Below are positions 35,252 through 45,112 of a DNA stretch of 64,000 nt, one piece after another. Position 1 is the stretch's first letter. Each line of letters opens with the position of its first letter. Source of the stretch: a virus. Location of the stretch: the IMG/VR virus record IMGVR_UViG_3300021964_000015; one strand, given 5' to 3'. A program made the position numbers and the translations under genes. The notes under the pieces are model-generated. The model ran no database searches and was not told where the DNA came from. It worked only from the letters and a program-made list of their open reading frames with translations.

Positions 35252-35848
35252 TCAAACAAGGAGATGGCCACGTTCTCCATACACTTTGACGAACGTATCC
35301 ACAGCATCAGTGGAAGCATCCTGTGGCGGCAAGTATACAAGGAATGAGGTGCACGTTTGTTTTCTTTTTACCTCTCCATCTTTATTGCACAATAGATAAG
35401 GTGCAGTTCGCAAGATGCACATTGGAAACTTGAAGATTTTTGGCTCGTAACGAATCATGTCAGGACAGTTGGAGAAATACAAACCTTGTTTAATCTCTCT
35501 CGCTAACCACGCATGGTACATCCGACGAAACCACACTGCATGAGATGAAGTCAATGAAATAGAAGATGCCCTTGTCATCTTCCAACGTTCATTCTTTTTA
35601 TCCCAGAAGTATGCACCCGCTGGCGGAAACAGGTAAGCACTTCCGTACCACTGTTGGCTATTCAAACCATCATCCGATGGTGTGTAATATTCTGTAGCTT
35701 GTACATATTCGTTAGCAACTTTTGAACTTGCAACATCAAGATCAATGCCACCCATTAGTTCATTTGCAGCCATTACAAGGTCAGATGACGTGATAAGTTC
35801 AGCGCCTTCATTACGTGCTGTTACGCTACGTACCTTATGTTCACTCAT
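35252..35848 (-). CDS. phage Dam-like N6-adenine methyltransferase homolog with altered catalytic motif
   Basis: GGIDLDVASS..AN...YYT..DDGL..QWYGSAYLFPPAG (FPPA where NPPY is expected). Confidence 0.7.
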   Translation of the reverse strand: MSEHKVRSVTARNEGAELITSSDLVMAANELMGGIDLDVASSKVANEYVQATEYYTPSDDGLNSQQWYGSAYLFPPAGAYFWDKKNERWKMTRASSISLTSSHAVWFRRMYHAWLAREIKQGLYFSNCPDMIRYEPKIFKFPMCILRTAPYLLCNKDGEVKRKQTCTSFLVYLPPQDASTDAVDTFVKVYGERGHLLV

Positions 35849-36231
35849 TTGTCAGACACCTGGTTGTAGTCAATTTCAAGGTAACGCAAGCCCTCATTAT
35901 CGTTGATTACATAACCAGCTTTTTCCGTTGGATCAATCTTCTGTGCAGCTGCCAGGATTCGACGGAATGTTTCTGCTAGATCACCTTCGTTGCTACGTTC
36001 ACAATCTTCTTGTGCAGCATGCAGTTCTTTTAGCGTCCAAAAAAACATCGAACGTTCTTTGTTCTTTGGTTGGAAAACCATCACACCTGGACCTTCCAGC
36101 TCCCACATCTTGCAGTATTGCTGGCCCATATCACCTAGCACCAACTTGATTGTTGCATCAAGCATCTTTGCTTTTGTTTCGTCCATCTCTGGACCAATAA
36201 CAGAAGCAATTAATTTTTCTCGGCGGTCCAT
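35845..36231 (-). CDS. hypothetical protein
   Basis: 128-aa ORF in operon. Confidence 0.75.
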   Translation of the reverse strand: MDRREKLIASVIGPEMDETKAKMLDATIKLVLGDMGQQYCKMWELEGPGVMVFQPKNKERSMFFWTLKELHAAQEDCERSNEGDLAETFRRILAAAQKIDPTEKAGYVINDNEGLRYLEIDYNQVSDK

Positions 36232-36686
36232 TCTTCTAATAATCCTTGTTTATGAAGTGATTCTATAAGTTTTTGTGTTGGTTGGTATAGTACAACCAAT
36301 TTGCCTAACACTCCTCTTTTCTTAAGAAGTTTTCCGTTTTCATCCCTTACTTTATTAAATTCCCCCGAACGTATCAGATACTCTGCAACGCAACGCAACC
36401 TTCTTTTTAAAGGCAATTCAGCCTGGGGGAATTTACCACAAATTGTATCGGGTTTTAAATCTAAGAAAGCAAGACGCAATCTATTGGCAAGTGTCATGCC
36501 AGAGTTAGCATCCTCTTCTTCGTAGCTTTTTAAATTTTGCAGGTACCTCCTAAGGCACCCATCATCAAATGAGCCTTCCGGCGGCAAGAACATTTCAATC
36601 TGGAGCACCAAAGATTCAGGTAATTCCTGCACATGGTTTTTGATTGTGATTGAATCTATATCGATCCCTTTAAAGCGATGTGCCAT
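36210..36686 (-). CDS. hypothetical protein
   Basis: 158-aa ORF in operon. Confidence 0.75.
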   Translation of the reverse strand: MAHRFKGIDIDSITIKNHVQELPESLVLQIEMFLPPEGSFDDGCLRRYLQNLKSYEEEDANSGMTLANRLRLAFLDLKPDTICGKFPQAELPLKRRLRCVAEYLIRSGEFNKVRDENGKLLKKRGVLGKLVVLYQPTQKLIESLHKQGLLEEWTAEKN

Positions 36687-37096
36687 TACTTAAGAAATTC
36701 TTTGTCTGGTTTGTATAAGTTGTATGTACCTCTTAAGTTCTTCTCATCTGTTTTTTCATTACGTGCAAATGATTGGACAAGGTAGTTCCAGGGGACACGT
36801 ATAACTGCTTTTCGTTTTACGTCAGGTGATACGTTGACGTAATGGATTCCTTCGGTCCACCCTTTTGACGGATCTTTTCTTCCAATTGAAATCCAGTTAC
36901 GTATCGTTTGATCAGATACGCCAAGCCTTTTGCCACACTCTTCTGTAGAGATGTATTCATCAGCAAAAGCCTGTGGATTCAATCCATCAGTTTCTCCTGA
37001 TGCATAGCGGCTTTGCCACATGGAAGAAAGGACATTCCTGATACCTTTCAACTCATGCGCAATTTCGGACAGGCTTTTTCTTAAACCGTACTGCAT
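36686..37096 (-). CDS. excisionase-like HTH protein
   Basis: YISTEECGKRLGVSDQTIRNWI...EGIHY. Confidence 0.8.
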   Translation of the reverse strand: MQYGLRKSLSEIAHELKGIRNVLSSMWQSRYASGETDGLNPQAFADEYISTEECGKRLGVSDQTIRNWISIGRKDPSKGWTEGIHYVNVSPDVKRKAVIRVPWNYLVQSFARNEKTDEKNLRGTYNLYKPDKEFLK

Positions 37097-37147
37097 AATT
37101 TCAACAACCTCTTTTAGGTGCTAATCTGTGAAAAACCAACCTGGAAC

Positions 37148-37456
37148 ATGGAAGAACAAATTCCCCCTAGTCAACCACCTGCTCCCCAGCAATCACAACC
37201 GCCAATTACTCCAGAGATGCTGGAGATGCTGAAAGCCAGGGCACGTCAGGCAGCAGTACAACAAACACTGGGTCAAAGAGAAGGGGGTGCATCTATTCCT
37301 CCTCAACCGCAACGTGTTGTTTACGTTCGACGTAATTTAACGGTTGCAGAAATCCTCATTGTTATTTTGCTTTCTTGCGGAATTGTAACAGGAATTCAAT
37401 GGACTTGGAACTTTGCAACCAATGTGTTGCCACGTATTGAAATTAAGGTAAACTAA
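37148..37456 (+). CDS. single-TM protein
   Basis: start MEEQIPP; TM ILIVILLSCGIVTGI. Confidence 0.7.
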   Translation: MEEQIPPSQPPAPQQSQPPITPEMLEMLKARARQAAVQQTLGQREGGASIPPQPQRVVYVRRNLTVAEILIVILLSCGIVTGIQWTWNFATNVLPRIEIKVN

Positions 37457-37500
37457 ATAATCAGCTCTATAATAAAAAGAGAATAGTTAGCAGTGGATAG

Positions 37501-37836
37501 GTGTCAAATCGACGTATTACCGATTTTCCATCAATTAATGGGGCCGACATTCAAGAACTAGACCTTTTAACTTTGGTCTCAGTTTTTGAAGTTGACCCCA
37601 CACTGCGCAACAAAAAAATTACCTTTACCGAATTCAAGCAATATTTAAGCAGTTTTTATGCCAGCCTTCTTCCTTCTTCTTATCTGTTTAGCGAGTTGCC
37701 TGTAGGCACGCTAGGTACACAAGTAATTGTTACGGATGCAAACTCTCCATCTGTTGGTAACCCTGTAACAGGAGGAGGTAGCGCAAAAGCTTTGTGCTGG
37801 TACAACGGAACTACATGGACTGTTATTGGTATTTAA
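37501..37836 (+). CDS. short tail-fibre-type protein
   Basis: N-terminal RRITDFP anchor-like motif; C-terminal WYNGTTW. Confidence 0.7.
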   Translation: MSNRRITDFPSINGADIQELDLLTLVSVFEVDPTLRNKKITFTEFKQYLSSFYASLLPSSYLFSELPVGTLGTQVIVTDANSPSVGNPVTGGGSAKALCWYNGTTWTVIGI

Positions 37837-37850
37837 TTTAGGAAAATACA

Positions 37851-40800
37851 ATGCCCTACGGACGTATTAAAATTGATACCGTTACTTTTACAGATGGCGG
37901 TGCAGACAGAACAATTGCATTGTCTGGTCTGGTTAATTTAGTATCTGGAACAATTAGTGCAACAGGCGCACTAAATATTGATTCTGTTACTGCAAATACA
38001 ATCTCGGGCACTGATATATCTGGTACGTCTTTAACAGTTGTCACAGCAACTGCTACAACGGGTAATTTTACTTCGCAAGTTTCCAGTGCATTGGTCACTG
38101 GTACAACAATTCAGACAACATCCCTTACTGGTGTGTCTGGTACATTTGCAACAGTATCCAGTAATTTTGTTAATGCTGGAACAGGTACTTTTAGGCGGAT
38201 CAATGTACCATCCGGTACTGTCCAAGCACAAACACTTGAATCAACCAATCAAATCACGGGTTTAGTAGTAAATTCTAATAATGGTAATTTTACAGGCACA
38301 CTTACTGCCGCTACTTTTGAAGCAACAATAATTCAAAATACAAATAAAATCACGGCAGAAACAGGCGTTTTTACTGCAAATTTATCGGGAACATTAATTA
38401 CAGGCAATAAAGTACAAGCAACGACAGGTCATTTTAGTACAGCAACTGTTGATGGCCCTTCTACTTTTAACTCTGAATTAACTGTTACTGAAAAACTTAC
38501 CAGTGCAACTGGTGTATTTACTGCTGTTCTATCAGGACAAACTGTTACTGGAACAACTGCTAAGTTTACGTCAGTAACTGGTCAAAATGGTTATTACACA
38601 AATACATTATTTGGCCAAACTGTTACCGGCGCCCAGGGTAGATTTAATACCTTAACTGGGAATGTTATCAGTGGTGGGACGGGTGTATTTAATCAGATTA
38701 CCGGTCAGACCATCCAAGTTCCTTCTCTGGACTTAGCTTCTGGTAACTTTACAAATTTATCAGGCGGAACGATCACTGGTAATGCAGGTCAATTTACTAC
38801 GTTGACTGGCAAAACAGTTAATGTAACTAGTGGATTTTTTAATTATATTTCTGGGACAACTCTTGACATTCCTTCTTTTACTGTTAATAGTGGTACTTTT
38901 ACAAACCTGTCAGGACAAACAATCACAGGTGATGTATTAAATGTAACTAGTGGGAATTTTAACACCATCACTGTTGATGCCCCGTCAACATTTAATACCA
39001 CAATCACAGTTAATCAGAAGGCAACAATTCAAACAGGTGTTTTCCCGCAGCTATTATCTGGTGCTGTAGTAACTGGAAATGCAGGCAGGTTTACTAATTT
39101 AACAGGCGTTAACGGTAATTTCACTACACAAGTATTCGGCACAACCGTTAGTGGTACAACAGGTAAATTTAATACGGTAACTGGAAATCGAGTAGAAGCG
39201 ACAACCGGCATTTTTGGAACCATTTCAGGAACAACTTTACAACTTCCTTCTATTACCACTGATAGTGGTATTTATAATTATCTGTCAGGTCAAATAATCA
39301 CAGGAGATGCCGGACAATTTAACACTTTTACAGGAAGAGTTGTAAGCGCAACCAGTGGTTTATTTAGTTATATTTCAGGCACTACTATTGATTTTCCTTC
39401 GTTAACAAATGCTTCCGGAACATTTACATTTCTTTCTGGTGGCACAATTACAGGTGATCTGTTAAACGTAACTAGTGGGCAGTTTAATACAATTACCGTA
39501 GACGCCCCTTCTACTTTTAATACTCAACTTACTGTTAATCAAAGAGTAACTGCGGTAACGGGTTCTTTTACAACCGCGACTGGTGTAAATCTTAGCTTTA
39601 CAAATATTACTGGTACAACAGGAACATTCACCCAGGCAGTTTCTGGTTTAGTGGTAACAGGAAATGCGGGCAGGTTTACTGTAGTTACAGGTCAAACAGT
39701 CACAGGTGTAAGTGGTAAATTTAGTACTGTTTTAGGTAATACAGTTACCGGCAACACTGTACAAGGCACTTCCGGTGTATATACAAATCTTTCTGGCCAG
39801 ACAATTACAGGTAATACCTTAAATGTAACCAGTGGTACCTTTGACCGTATTGTTATTAATAATGCATTTAATACGGTAACTTCTGCAACTGGTATATTTA
39901 CTTCTTTATTATCAGGGCAATTAATTACAGGGCATACAGTTAATACAGTTAGCGGTATTTTTGAAGCAGTTAGCGTTGGAGCACCTTCTACATTTAATAC
40001 CAATTTAACTGTCAATCAAACACTAACAGCGGCAACTGGTCAATTTACTTCTTTGACCGGTACTTTTATTTCAGGTGAAAAAATAACAGCAAGATCAGGT
40101 GTATTTGGTTTTTTTGTTGAAGGTGGTGTTGTTAAATCGCGTCTTCCAGGGGGTGCTGCGAGCCCTGCTTTTGATATAGGAAATAAGCCAATTGGGCAAA
40201 AACTTGGTTTTGCTGAAAATTTTACAAATAAATTAGACGTTATTGCATCTGGAGATACTGTTGCACGTTTTGAAAATGTTAATGGAGCAAAACTTAGTAT
40301 TGGTACAGGAAATGCAAGTGATTACAATCCAAACGCTAACAATTTAATTATTGACGGGGGAGGCTCACAAGAAGGCATTGGTATAATTTCTTCTTCAAGT
40401 GCGAACATTTGGTATGGTGCAAACCAATCAAACCTTGGCGTTGGTCAAATTAACTATAGTACTTTTGCAAATTTATTTTCAATCATACCTTTAAATACTT
40501 CTGGTATAACGGTTCAATTATCAGCTCCTAGTACAGTAGTAAACAATAATTTAATTGTTTCGGGAGATGCTACAGTATCTGGAACACTTACAGTAGGAAG
40601 CACTCCTTTTGTACCACAGACATTTACTTCTGGAACATCAAGTAAAACTTTAGCTAATGGAGAGTATTATTTATACACTCCTAGTCCTCCGGTTATTCCT
40701 AGTTCTGTAAATATTACTTTGCCATCTTCTCCTCCTATAGGCGCCCATGTCGGTTTTTTACTGGATCCTGTAAATTTACAAGAAGATTTATTTGTTGGAA

Positions 40801-40958
40801 CAACTAGCTTTAGAGATCCTTTTTTCATTACTATTAGTAGAAACGGTGAAAATATTATGGGAATAGCAGACAATTTAATTGCTTTTGTTCCTCATTTACT
40901 AAATAGACAAATAAAATTAACATACATTAACAGCACTTTTGGATGGAGGGTTGACTAA
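37851..40958 (+). CDS. long Thr/Gly-rich repeat fibre/spike protein
   Basis: 1035 aa with many SGxTITGxxGxFxx repeats; C-terminal ITLPSSP...ITISRNGENI...LTYINSTFGW fibre-tip motif. Confidence 0.8.
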   Translation: MPYGRIKIDTVTFTDGGADRTIALSGLVNLVSGTISATGALNIDSVTANTISGTDISGTSLTVVTATATTGNFTSQVSSALVTGTTIQTTSLTGVSGTFATVSSNFVNAGTGTFRRINVPSGTVQAQTLESTNQITGLVVNSNNGNFTGTLTAATFEATIIQNTNKITAETGVFTANLSGTLITGNKVQATTGHFSTATVDGPSTFNSELTVTEKLTSATGVFTAVLSGQTVTGTTAKFTSVTGQNGYYTNTLFGQTVTGAQGRFNTLTGNVISGGTGVFNQITGQTIQVPSLDLASGNFTNLSGGTITGNAGQFTTLTGKTVNVTSGFFNYISGTTLDIPSFTVNSGTFTNLSGQTITGDVLNVTSGNFNTITVDAPSTFNTTITVNQKATIQTGVFPQLLSGAVVTGNAGRFTNLTGVNGNFTTQVFGTTVSGTTGKFNTVTGNRVEATTGIFGTISGTTLQLPSITTDSGIYNYLSGQIITGDAGQFNTFTGRVVSATSGLFSYISGTTIDFPSLTNASGTFTFLSGGTITGDLLNVTSGQFNTITVDAPSTFNTQLTVNQRVTAVTGSFTTATGVNLSFTNITGTTGTFTQAVSGLVVTGNAGRFTVVTGQTVTGVSGKFSTVLGNTVTGNTVQGTSGVYTNLSGQTITGNTLNVTSGTFDRIVINNAFNTVTSATGIFTSLLSGQLITGHTVNTVSGIFEAVSVGAPSTFNTNLTVNQTLTAATGQFTSLTGTFISGEKITARSGVFGFFVEGGVVKSRLPGGAASPAFDIGNKPIGQKLGFAENFTNKLDVIASGDTVARFENVNGAKLSIGTGNASDYNPNANNLIIDGGGSQEGIGIISSSSANIWYGANQSNLGVGQINYSTFANLFSIIPLNTSGITVQLSAPSTVVNNNLIVSGDATVSGTLTVGSTPFVPQTFTSGTSSKTLANGEYYLYTPSPPVIPSSVNITLPSSPPIGAHVGFLLDPVNLQEDLFVGTTSFRDPFFITISRNGENIMGIADNLIAFVPHLLNRQIKLTYINSTFGWRVD

Positions 40959-41512
40959 TGCCTACACCTTTATTTACTTACACTAAAACTCCTTACGTTC
41001 TATTAGAAGCCCAGAAAATTATTAACACTAATGAAATTACTTTAACTCCAGCGTCTCTTTTTAATTATGATTTTACTAATTTTAGAGAGTTAAAATTTCA
41101 AGTAAAATGGATAACATCATCTCAAAATACATTTACTTTTCGAGCAGGTAATTTAGGTAGTCTTGGCAATATCAATACAGATGCATCTAGTACTGCTTTG
41201 CAAGATCCTACGCTGAATACATTATCCACTATTGTTGCAAACATGTTTTACAACACAACCAGTGGGATTGTTGATGCCGAAATTATTATTAACTGCCCTG
41301 ATTTTGGGACAAATTCAACTGAAGTTCAATTTAGATCTACTACAACTACTAGCACGGGAGTCGTATTAAACAAATTAAACAATAGTCTTGGTGCTATTGA
41401 AAGAGAAGGTCATTTTGCAGCAAAAAGCACAAACGGTCTTCCTTTTGATGTTTTTCGTTTTAGCGGACCCACTGCTGCAACTGGTACTATTTATATGTAC
41501 GGGTTGAGGTAA
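40958..41512 (+). CDS. fibre-associated protein
   Basis: beta-rich, ends GTIYMYGLR. Confidence 0.7.
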   Translation: MPTPLFTYTKTPYVLLEAQKIINTNEITLTPASLFNYDFTNFRELKFQVKWITSSQNTFTFRAGNLGSLGNINTDASSTALQDPTLNTLSTIVANMFYNTTSGIVDAEIIINCPDFGTNSTEVQFRSTTTTSTGVVLNKLNNSLGAIEREGHFAAKSTNGLPFDVFRFSGPTAATGTIYMYGLR

Positions 41513-41515
41513 AAA

Positions 41516-42517
41516 GTGACAATTAAACTTAGAGATGCTGCAAAATACTTTCAAAACGAGCAGCATCAAATCGAAGCATGGGATTGGCTTGAATTACAAG
41601 TTGATCCCAATGTTTTAAATGCATTTGCAGAAAAATATCGAAATAAAAAACAAGAAGATTTAAATAACTGGGACGGCGTACTGACAACTGCAAAGAAAGC
41701 TGGTGCCAAGTTCCCAGAATGCGTAGCTGCTCAATGGCACCTGGAATCAGCAGGTGGCAGACATACGTCAGGTAAAAATAACTTCTTTGGTCTTAAGGGG
41801 CCAGGTACTTCAGCAACAACACAGGAATTTATTAACGGAAAGTGGGTAACTATTAAAGATGGATTCCTTGATTTTCCTGATATTGAAACATGTGTTCATT
41901 ACCTTGTAGATCGCTGGTACAAGGACTTTGGTAGATATGAAGGAGTTAATAGAGCAAACAGCAGGAATGAATGTGCAGAGCTTTTATATAAAGAGGGCTA
42001 CGCTACAGATCCAGCCTATGCTTCTAAATTAATTCAAATAATGGATGGCAAGCTTGGTACTATTGGAAGAGCTGATGATCCAAATCCATATAACAATGAT
42101 TTCAAACCTAATAGTCCTCTTGACTTTAAAGTAACTCCTAATATTACTTACGGTGAATTAATCCTTCAACAGAAGGAACGTAAATTTAAACAGAAGCATC
42201 AATGTGATACTGCAAAACAACTGTGTTTATTTTTGGAAAAAGTAAGATCAGCTTTTGGTAATAAGCCAATTATCATTACAAGTGGTTCCAGGCCAGAGCC
42301 CATCAATACTCAGGTGGGCGGTGCGCCAGGTAGTGAGCACACTTACAGCGAGCCCTCTAAAGGAGCAATTGACTTCTACATCCAGGGGGCAGATACACAT
42401 GCTGTTCAGTCCTGGTGCGATGCCCATTGGCCTTACTCCCTAGGCTATGGTGCTTCCAAGGGCTTTGTACACGTGGGTATCCGCAGTAGTAAGATACGGG
42501 TGCGTTGGAATTACTAA
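41516..42517 (+). CDS. endolysin: GH73 glucosaminidase plus M15A peptidase
   Basis: AAQWHLES...NNFFGLKG...GYATDPAY; IIITSGSRP...SEH...AIDF...FVHVG. Confidence 0.9.
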   Translation: MTIKLRDAAKYFQNEQHQIEAWDWLELQVDPNVLNAFAEKYRNKKQEDLNNWDGVLTTAKKAGAKFPECVAAQWHLESAGGRHTSGKNNFFGLKGPGTSATTQEFINGKWVTIKDGFLDFPDIETCVHYLVDRWYKDFGRYEGVNRANSRNECAELLYKEGYATDPAYASKLIQIMDGKLGTIGRADDPNPYNNDFKPNSPLDFKVTPNITYGELILQQKERKFKQKHQCDTAKQLCLFLEKVRSAFGNKPIIITSGSRPEPINTQVGGAPGSEHTYSEPSKGAIDFYIQGADTHAVQSWCDAHWPYSLGYGASKGFVHVGIRSSKIRVRWNY

Positions 42518-42518
42518 G

Positions 42519-42680
42519 GTGAAAAAATATAAAGAACCCTACATAAGGGTTAACATTTGCTGGGAAGTTGGAGAAGAAAAAAAATGCGTAACACTTCCAA
42601 AAGAAGAAGCGTACGCAACTAGGGATTGGGTAGAAGCAAATAATGGATGCGTCTTTTGGTTCCAGGCATTACCTGATTAA
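42519..42680 (+). CDS. small hypothetical protein
   Basis: GTG 2 nt after the endolysin stop; 53 aa. Confidence 0.6.
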   Translation: MKKYKEPYIRVNICWEVGEEKKCVTLPKEEAYATRDWVEANNGCVFWFQALPD

Positions 42681-42841
42681 CGCTCTTTGGCACGTCCAAT
42701 ATTAAGTGCAAGAAACTCAATTACCTTGTAGAGATAACCAAGGATGGTGTCATCTTTCTTGGTAGGAGTCAAAGCACAAATAGCAGAAGCTGCTGCGTGT
42801 ACAGCAAATGCAACTTCAATGTACTGATTAAGATGTAGCAT
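42677..42841 (-). CDS. small holin-like membrane protein (not in ORF track)
   Basis: MLHLNQYIEVAFAVHAAASAICALTPTKKDDTILGYLYKVIEFLALNIGRAKER; LTPTxKDD motif. Confidence 0.7.
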   Translation of the reverse strand: MLHLNQYIEVAFAVHAAASAICALTPTKKDDTILGYLYKVIEFLALNIGRAKER

Positions 42842-42872
42842 TAGTTTGCCTCATTTCTTTTATTCTAATTTG

Positions 42873-42989
42873 TCACCTATCAAATAGATACCTTAAATCT
42901 TCTTGTACTTCAAAGAAGTCAGCCCAATCTTTTTCAGTGGCTTCTGAGATGTTTGACTGTTCTTCTTTTGTTTCTTTTTCTTTTTCCAT
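42873..42989 (-). CDS. 38-aa acidic peptide (not in ORF track)
   Basis: MEKEKETKEEQSNISEATEKDWADFFEVQEDLRYLFDR, abuts the upstream stop. Confidence 0.55.
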   Translation of the reverse strand: MEKEKETKEEQSNISEATEKDWADFFEVQEDLRYLFDR

Positions 42990-43112
42990 TTATAAATCGT
43001 AAATACGACAGCAAGGAGCACTTGGATTTTTTTTACAATAACGCAACCAACGTTCTGTTGTAGTACCAGGTGTTACCTTTTGGAACAGAAAAGAAAGAAG
43101 TTGTTTAATCAT
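42990..43112 (-). CDS. CP12 C-terminal-motif mini protein (not in ORF track)
   Basis: 40 aa ending YCKKNPSAPCCRIYDL, like CP12 YCxxNPxxxECxxYD; ATGA-coupled to the upstream gene. Confidence 0.65.
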   Translation of the reverse strand: MIKQLLSFLFQKVTPGTTTERWLRYCKKNPSAPCCRIYDL

Positions 43113-44008
43113 CCTCGGTTAGTCAAAACTACAAATAGTTCAGGGAAGCGATTGTCTTGTTGATGCTCTCGATTCCAGGCGGCTTTCCATTCTGATAATG
43201 AATGATCATGAATTGTTTGGAAGTAAGCAGGATCACCAGGCTCTAAAATAACACCAAATAAGGCAAGGTCTGCCTCTGGAATTCGATCGCCAATTAACCA
43301 TTCAGCTGATGCTTCTACTGTAACAGTTACTCCTGGATTAATAATGCATTCTTCTTCTGTAAAAGCATCAAGTGGAATTGAAATACTTGTAGTAACTGGA
43401 CTTTCAACCTCAGCGGAATTAACAGAAGTCTCTTGCGACAGAATACTTCCGTCATTATCTTCTAATGCAAATAAACCTTCTGTTTCAGGGAATTCAATTA
43501 TAATTCCCAGCGAATAATCTAAAGGTTCATTGCGTGTACTAGAAACACAGATAAGATAGCTCCCTGCTTCCAGTGGGAAATACTGATCATCGCCACGATC
43601 TAAACGCAACCTTTCATAGGTATTGTATAAATCAGAACCCGCCGATATTACTTGACCAAGATAAGGATAGTAATTTCCTGTCGCAATAGAATCTGCATCA
43701 AAAATTCCTTTACTTGTTAAAGGTATCTTATTTAAATTGTAAGCAGACACTTGGATATACTTGGGTCTTGGCGGACCTTTGGCAATGATAATCCAGGCAG
43801 GAGAGGTAATGTTTATTTGAAACCAGTTATTGTAGGTACCTCCACCAATGCCTCCGTTTGAAATTTGACCGGTATCTGCTTTACCAATTGGACGGTATTT
43901 TGGACCAAAAGATCCTGTTAGATAACGTAGAGATGTTTGGCTGAAAGTACCCAAAACCAAGGGGTCATCCTGACTCCTCCTTACTTGACTTGTGGTATTT
44001 CTTCGCAT
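43109..44008 (-). CDS. beta-sandwich (PPC-like) hypothetical protein; start uncertain
   Basis: NWFQINI...LEAGSYLICVSS...LDYSLGI. Confidence 0.65.
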   Translation of the reverse strand: MRRNTTSQVRRSQDDPLVLGTFSQTSLRYLTGSFGPKYRPIGKADTGQISNGGIGGGTYNNWFQINITSPAWIIIAKGPPRPKYIQVSAYNLNKIPLTSKGIFDADSIATGNYYPYLGQVISAGSDLYNTYERLRLDRGDDQYFPLEAGSYLICVSSTRNEPLDYSLGIIIEFPETEGLFALEDNDGSILSQETSVNSAEVESPVTTSISIPLDAFTEEECIINPGVTVTVEASAEWLIGDRIPEADLALFGVILEPGDPAYFQTIHDHSLSEWKAAWNREHQQDNRFPELFVVLTNRG

Positions 44009-44705
44009 ATAAACCGTAATACATTTCCTTCTCCTCATCATAATCGGGGGTATTTTTATTCACTAACGGATGTTGGATTGTGTTTTTGTACTCTGCTTCC
44101 AGGAGTTGTTTAGGTTTTTCTTGCATGTTATTCCTTGCAAAGTACATTAATTTTTGAGGATCAAATTCAGGGCAGAAAGGATGCATGGTCTCAGGTGGAA
44201 ACACACGATTCCAACTAGATACCATATGCAAAGGATTCATGCATCTTTTATTTTTACAAGTACGTGTTACAAATAAACTTCCGACATCACCCCAGGCGCA
44301 GTGGTAAATCACTTTATGAACGTTGATATTATCGGTAACTCTTGGTTTATTTAACGAACGGTAAGAAGGTATGTTCACACGTGGTGTTGTAAGCGTATGT
44401 GAATCCCAACATTCGTCTGGTTCACCAATGGTGATACGTTCCCACAAGGAAAGAAGTTTTATCTTGTATTGACCGTGCATGTAATTGATATCAAAACCAC
44501 AATTATTGTTCATTATTTTTCTGACGCATTCATAACACCAGTGCTTATCTTTATTACGGATGTAATGACCGTGCGGACAAACAAAACCACGGTAATAACC
44601 GTGGGCATCTAACTGTTCATCAGACAAAGAATTAATGTCATGGACAAAAACAAAATCTGAGAAGGCATCCACGTGCCGTTGGTAGCCACTAACGAAATTT
44701 GCCAT
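43965..44705 (-). CDS. divergent His-Cys/HNH-like Zn-loop protein
   Basis: CPHGH...CYEC; ECW...HKVIY...TRTCKNKRCMNPLH. Confidence 0.65.
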   Translation of the reverse strand: MANFVSGYQRHVDAFSDFVFVHDINSLSDEQLDAHGYYRGFVCPHGHYIRNKDKHWCYECVRKIMNNNCGFDINYMHGQYKIKLLSLWERITIGEPDECWDSHTLTTPRVNIPSYRSLNKPRVTDNINVHKVIYHCAWGDVGSLFVTRTCKNKRCMNPLHMVSSWNRVFPPETMHPFCPEFDPQKLMYFARNNMQEKPKQLLEAEYKNTIQHPLVNKNTPDYDEEKEMYYGLYAKKYHKSSKEESG

Positions 44706-45083
44706 TTAGTTCACCAGGGTTGTTTGTAGTTCTTTTGGGTTGCGGTTGCGTCTGTACTTGGGGATGCGTGCAGGTTTTCTTTGTTTGAGGATGAGTTCTT
44801 TCCTGTTGTCCCGCTCAGGATTATCAGGAAGATGTAGTACATCTGCATTACCAGGATCAATGCCTGTGCGGAGGTAATAAACCAGGCGATGGGCAGTGAA
44901 TTTCACATTTGCAAGAGATACGTAAAAGAATTTGCCGTTCTGATGCAGGATCCCTGCCGAGTCCCCAGGTTCGTGGAAGCGATTCTTCGTACGCCACGCC
45001 AGCCCTGTTGGATACCTGTCGGTTAATTCCAGCTGCTCCTCCACCCACCAGAGCGGCATCATCGGGGTGTAATTACGGGGCAT
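44706..45083 (-). CDS. degenerate HNH endonuclease-like protein
   Basis: GLAW...GDSAG...AHRLVYYL.TGIDPG..DVLH; canonical asparagines displaced. Confidence 0.65.
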   Translation of the reverse strand: MPRNYTPMMPLWWVEEQLELTDRYPTGLAWRTKNRFHEPGDSAGILHQNGKFFYVSLANVKFTAHRLVYYLRTGIDPGNADVLHLPDNPERDNRKELILKQRKPARIPKYRRNRNPKELQTTLVN

Positions 45084-45112
45084 TGGGATCCAGAGGGTGC
45101 TAGATGCAAAAG

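Noticed and set aside
37856-40015. Several Val/Pro-rich minus-strand ORFs within the fibre gene
   Set aside because: Antisense shadows of Thr/Gly repeats
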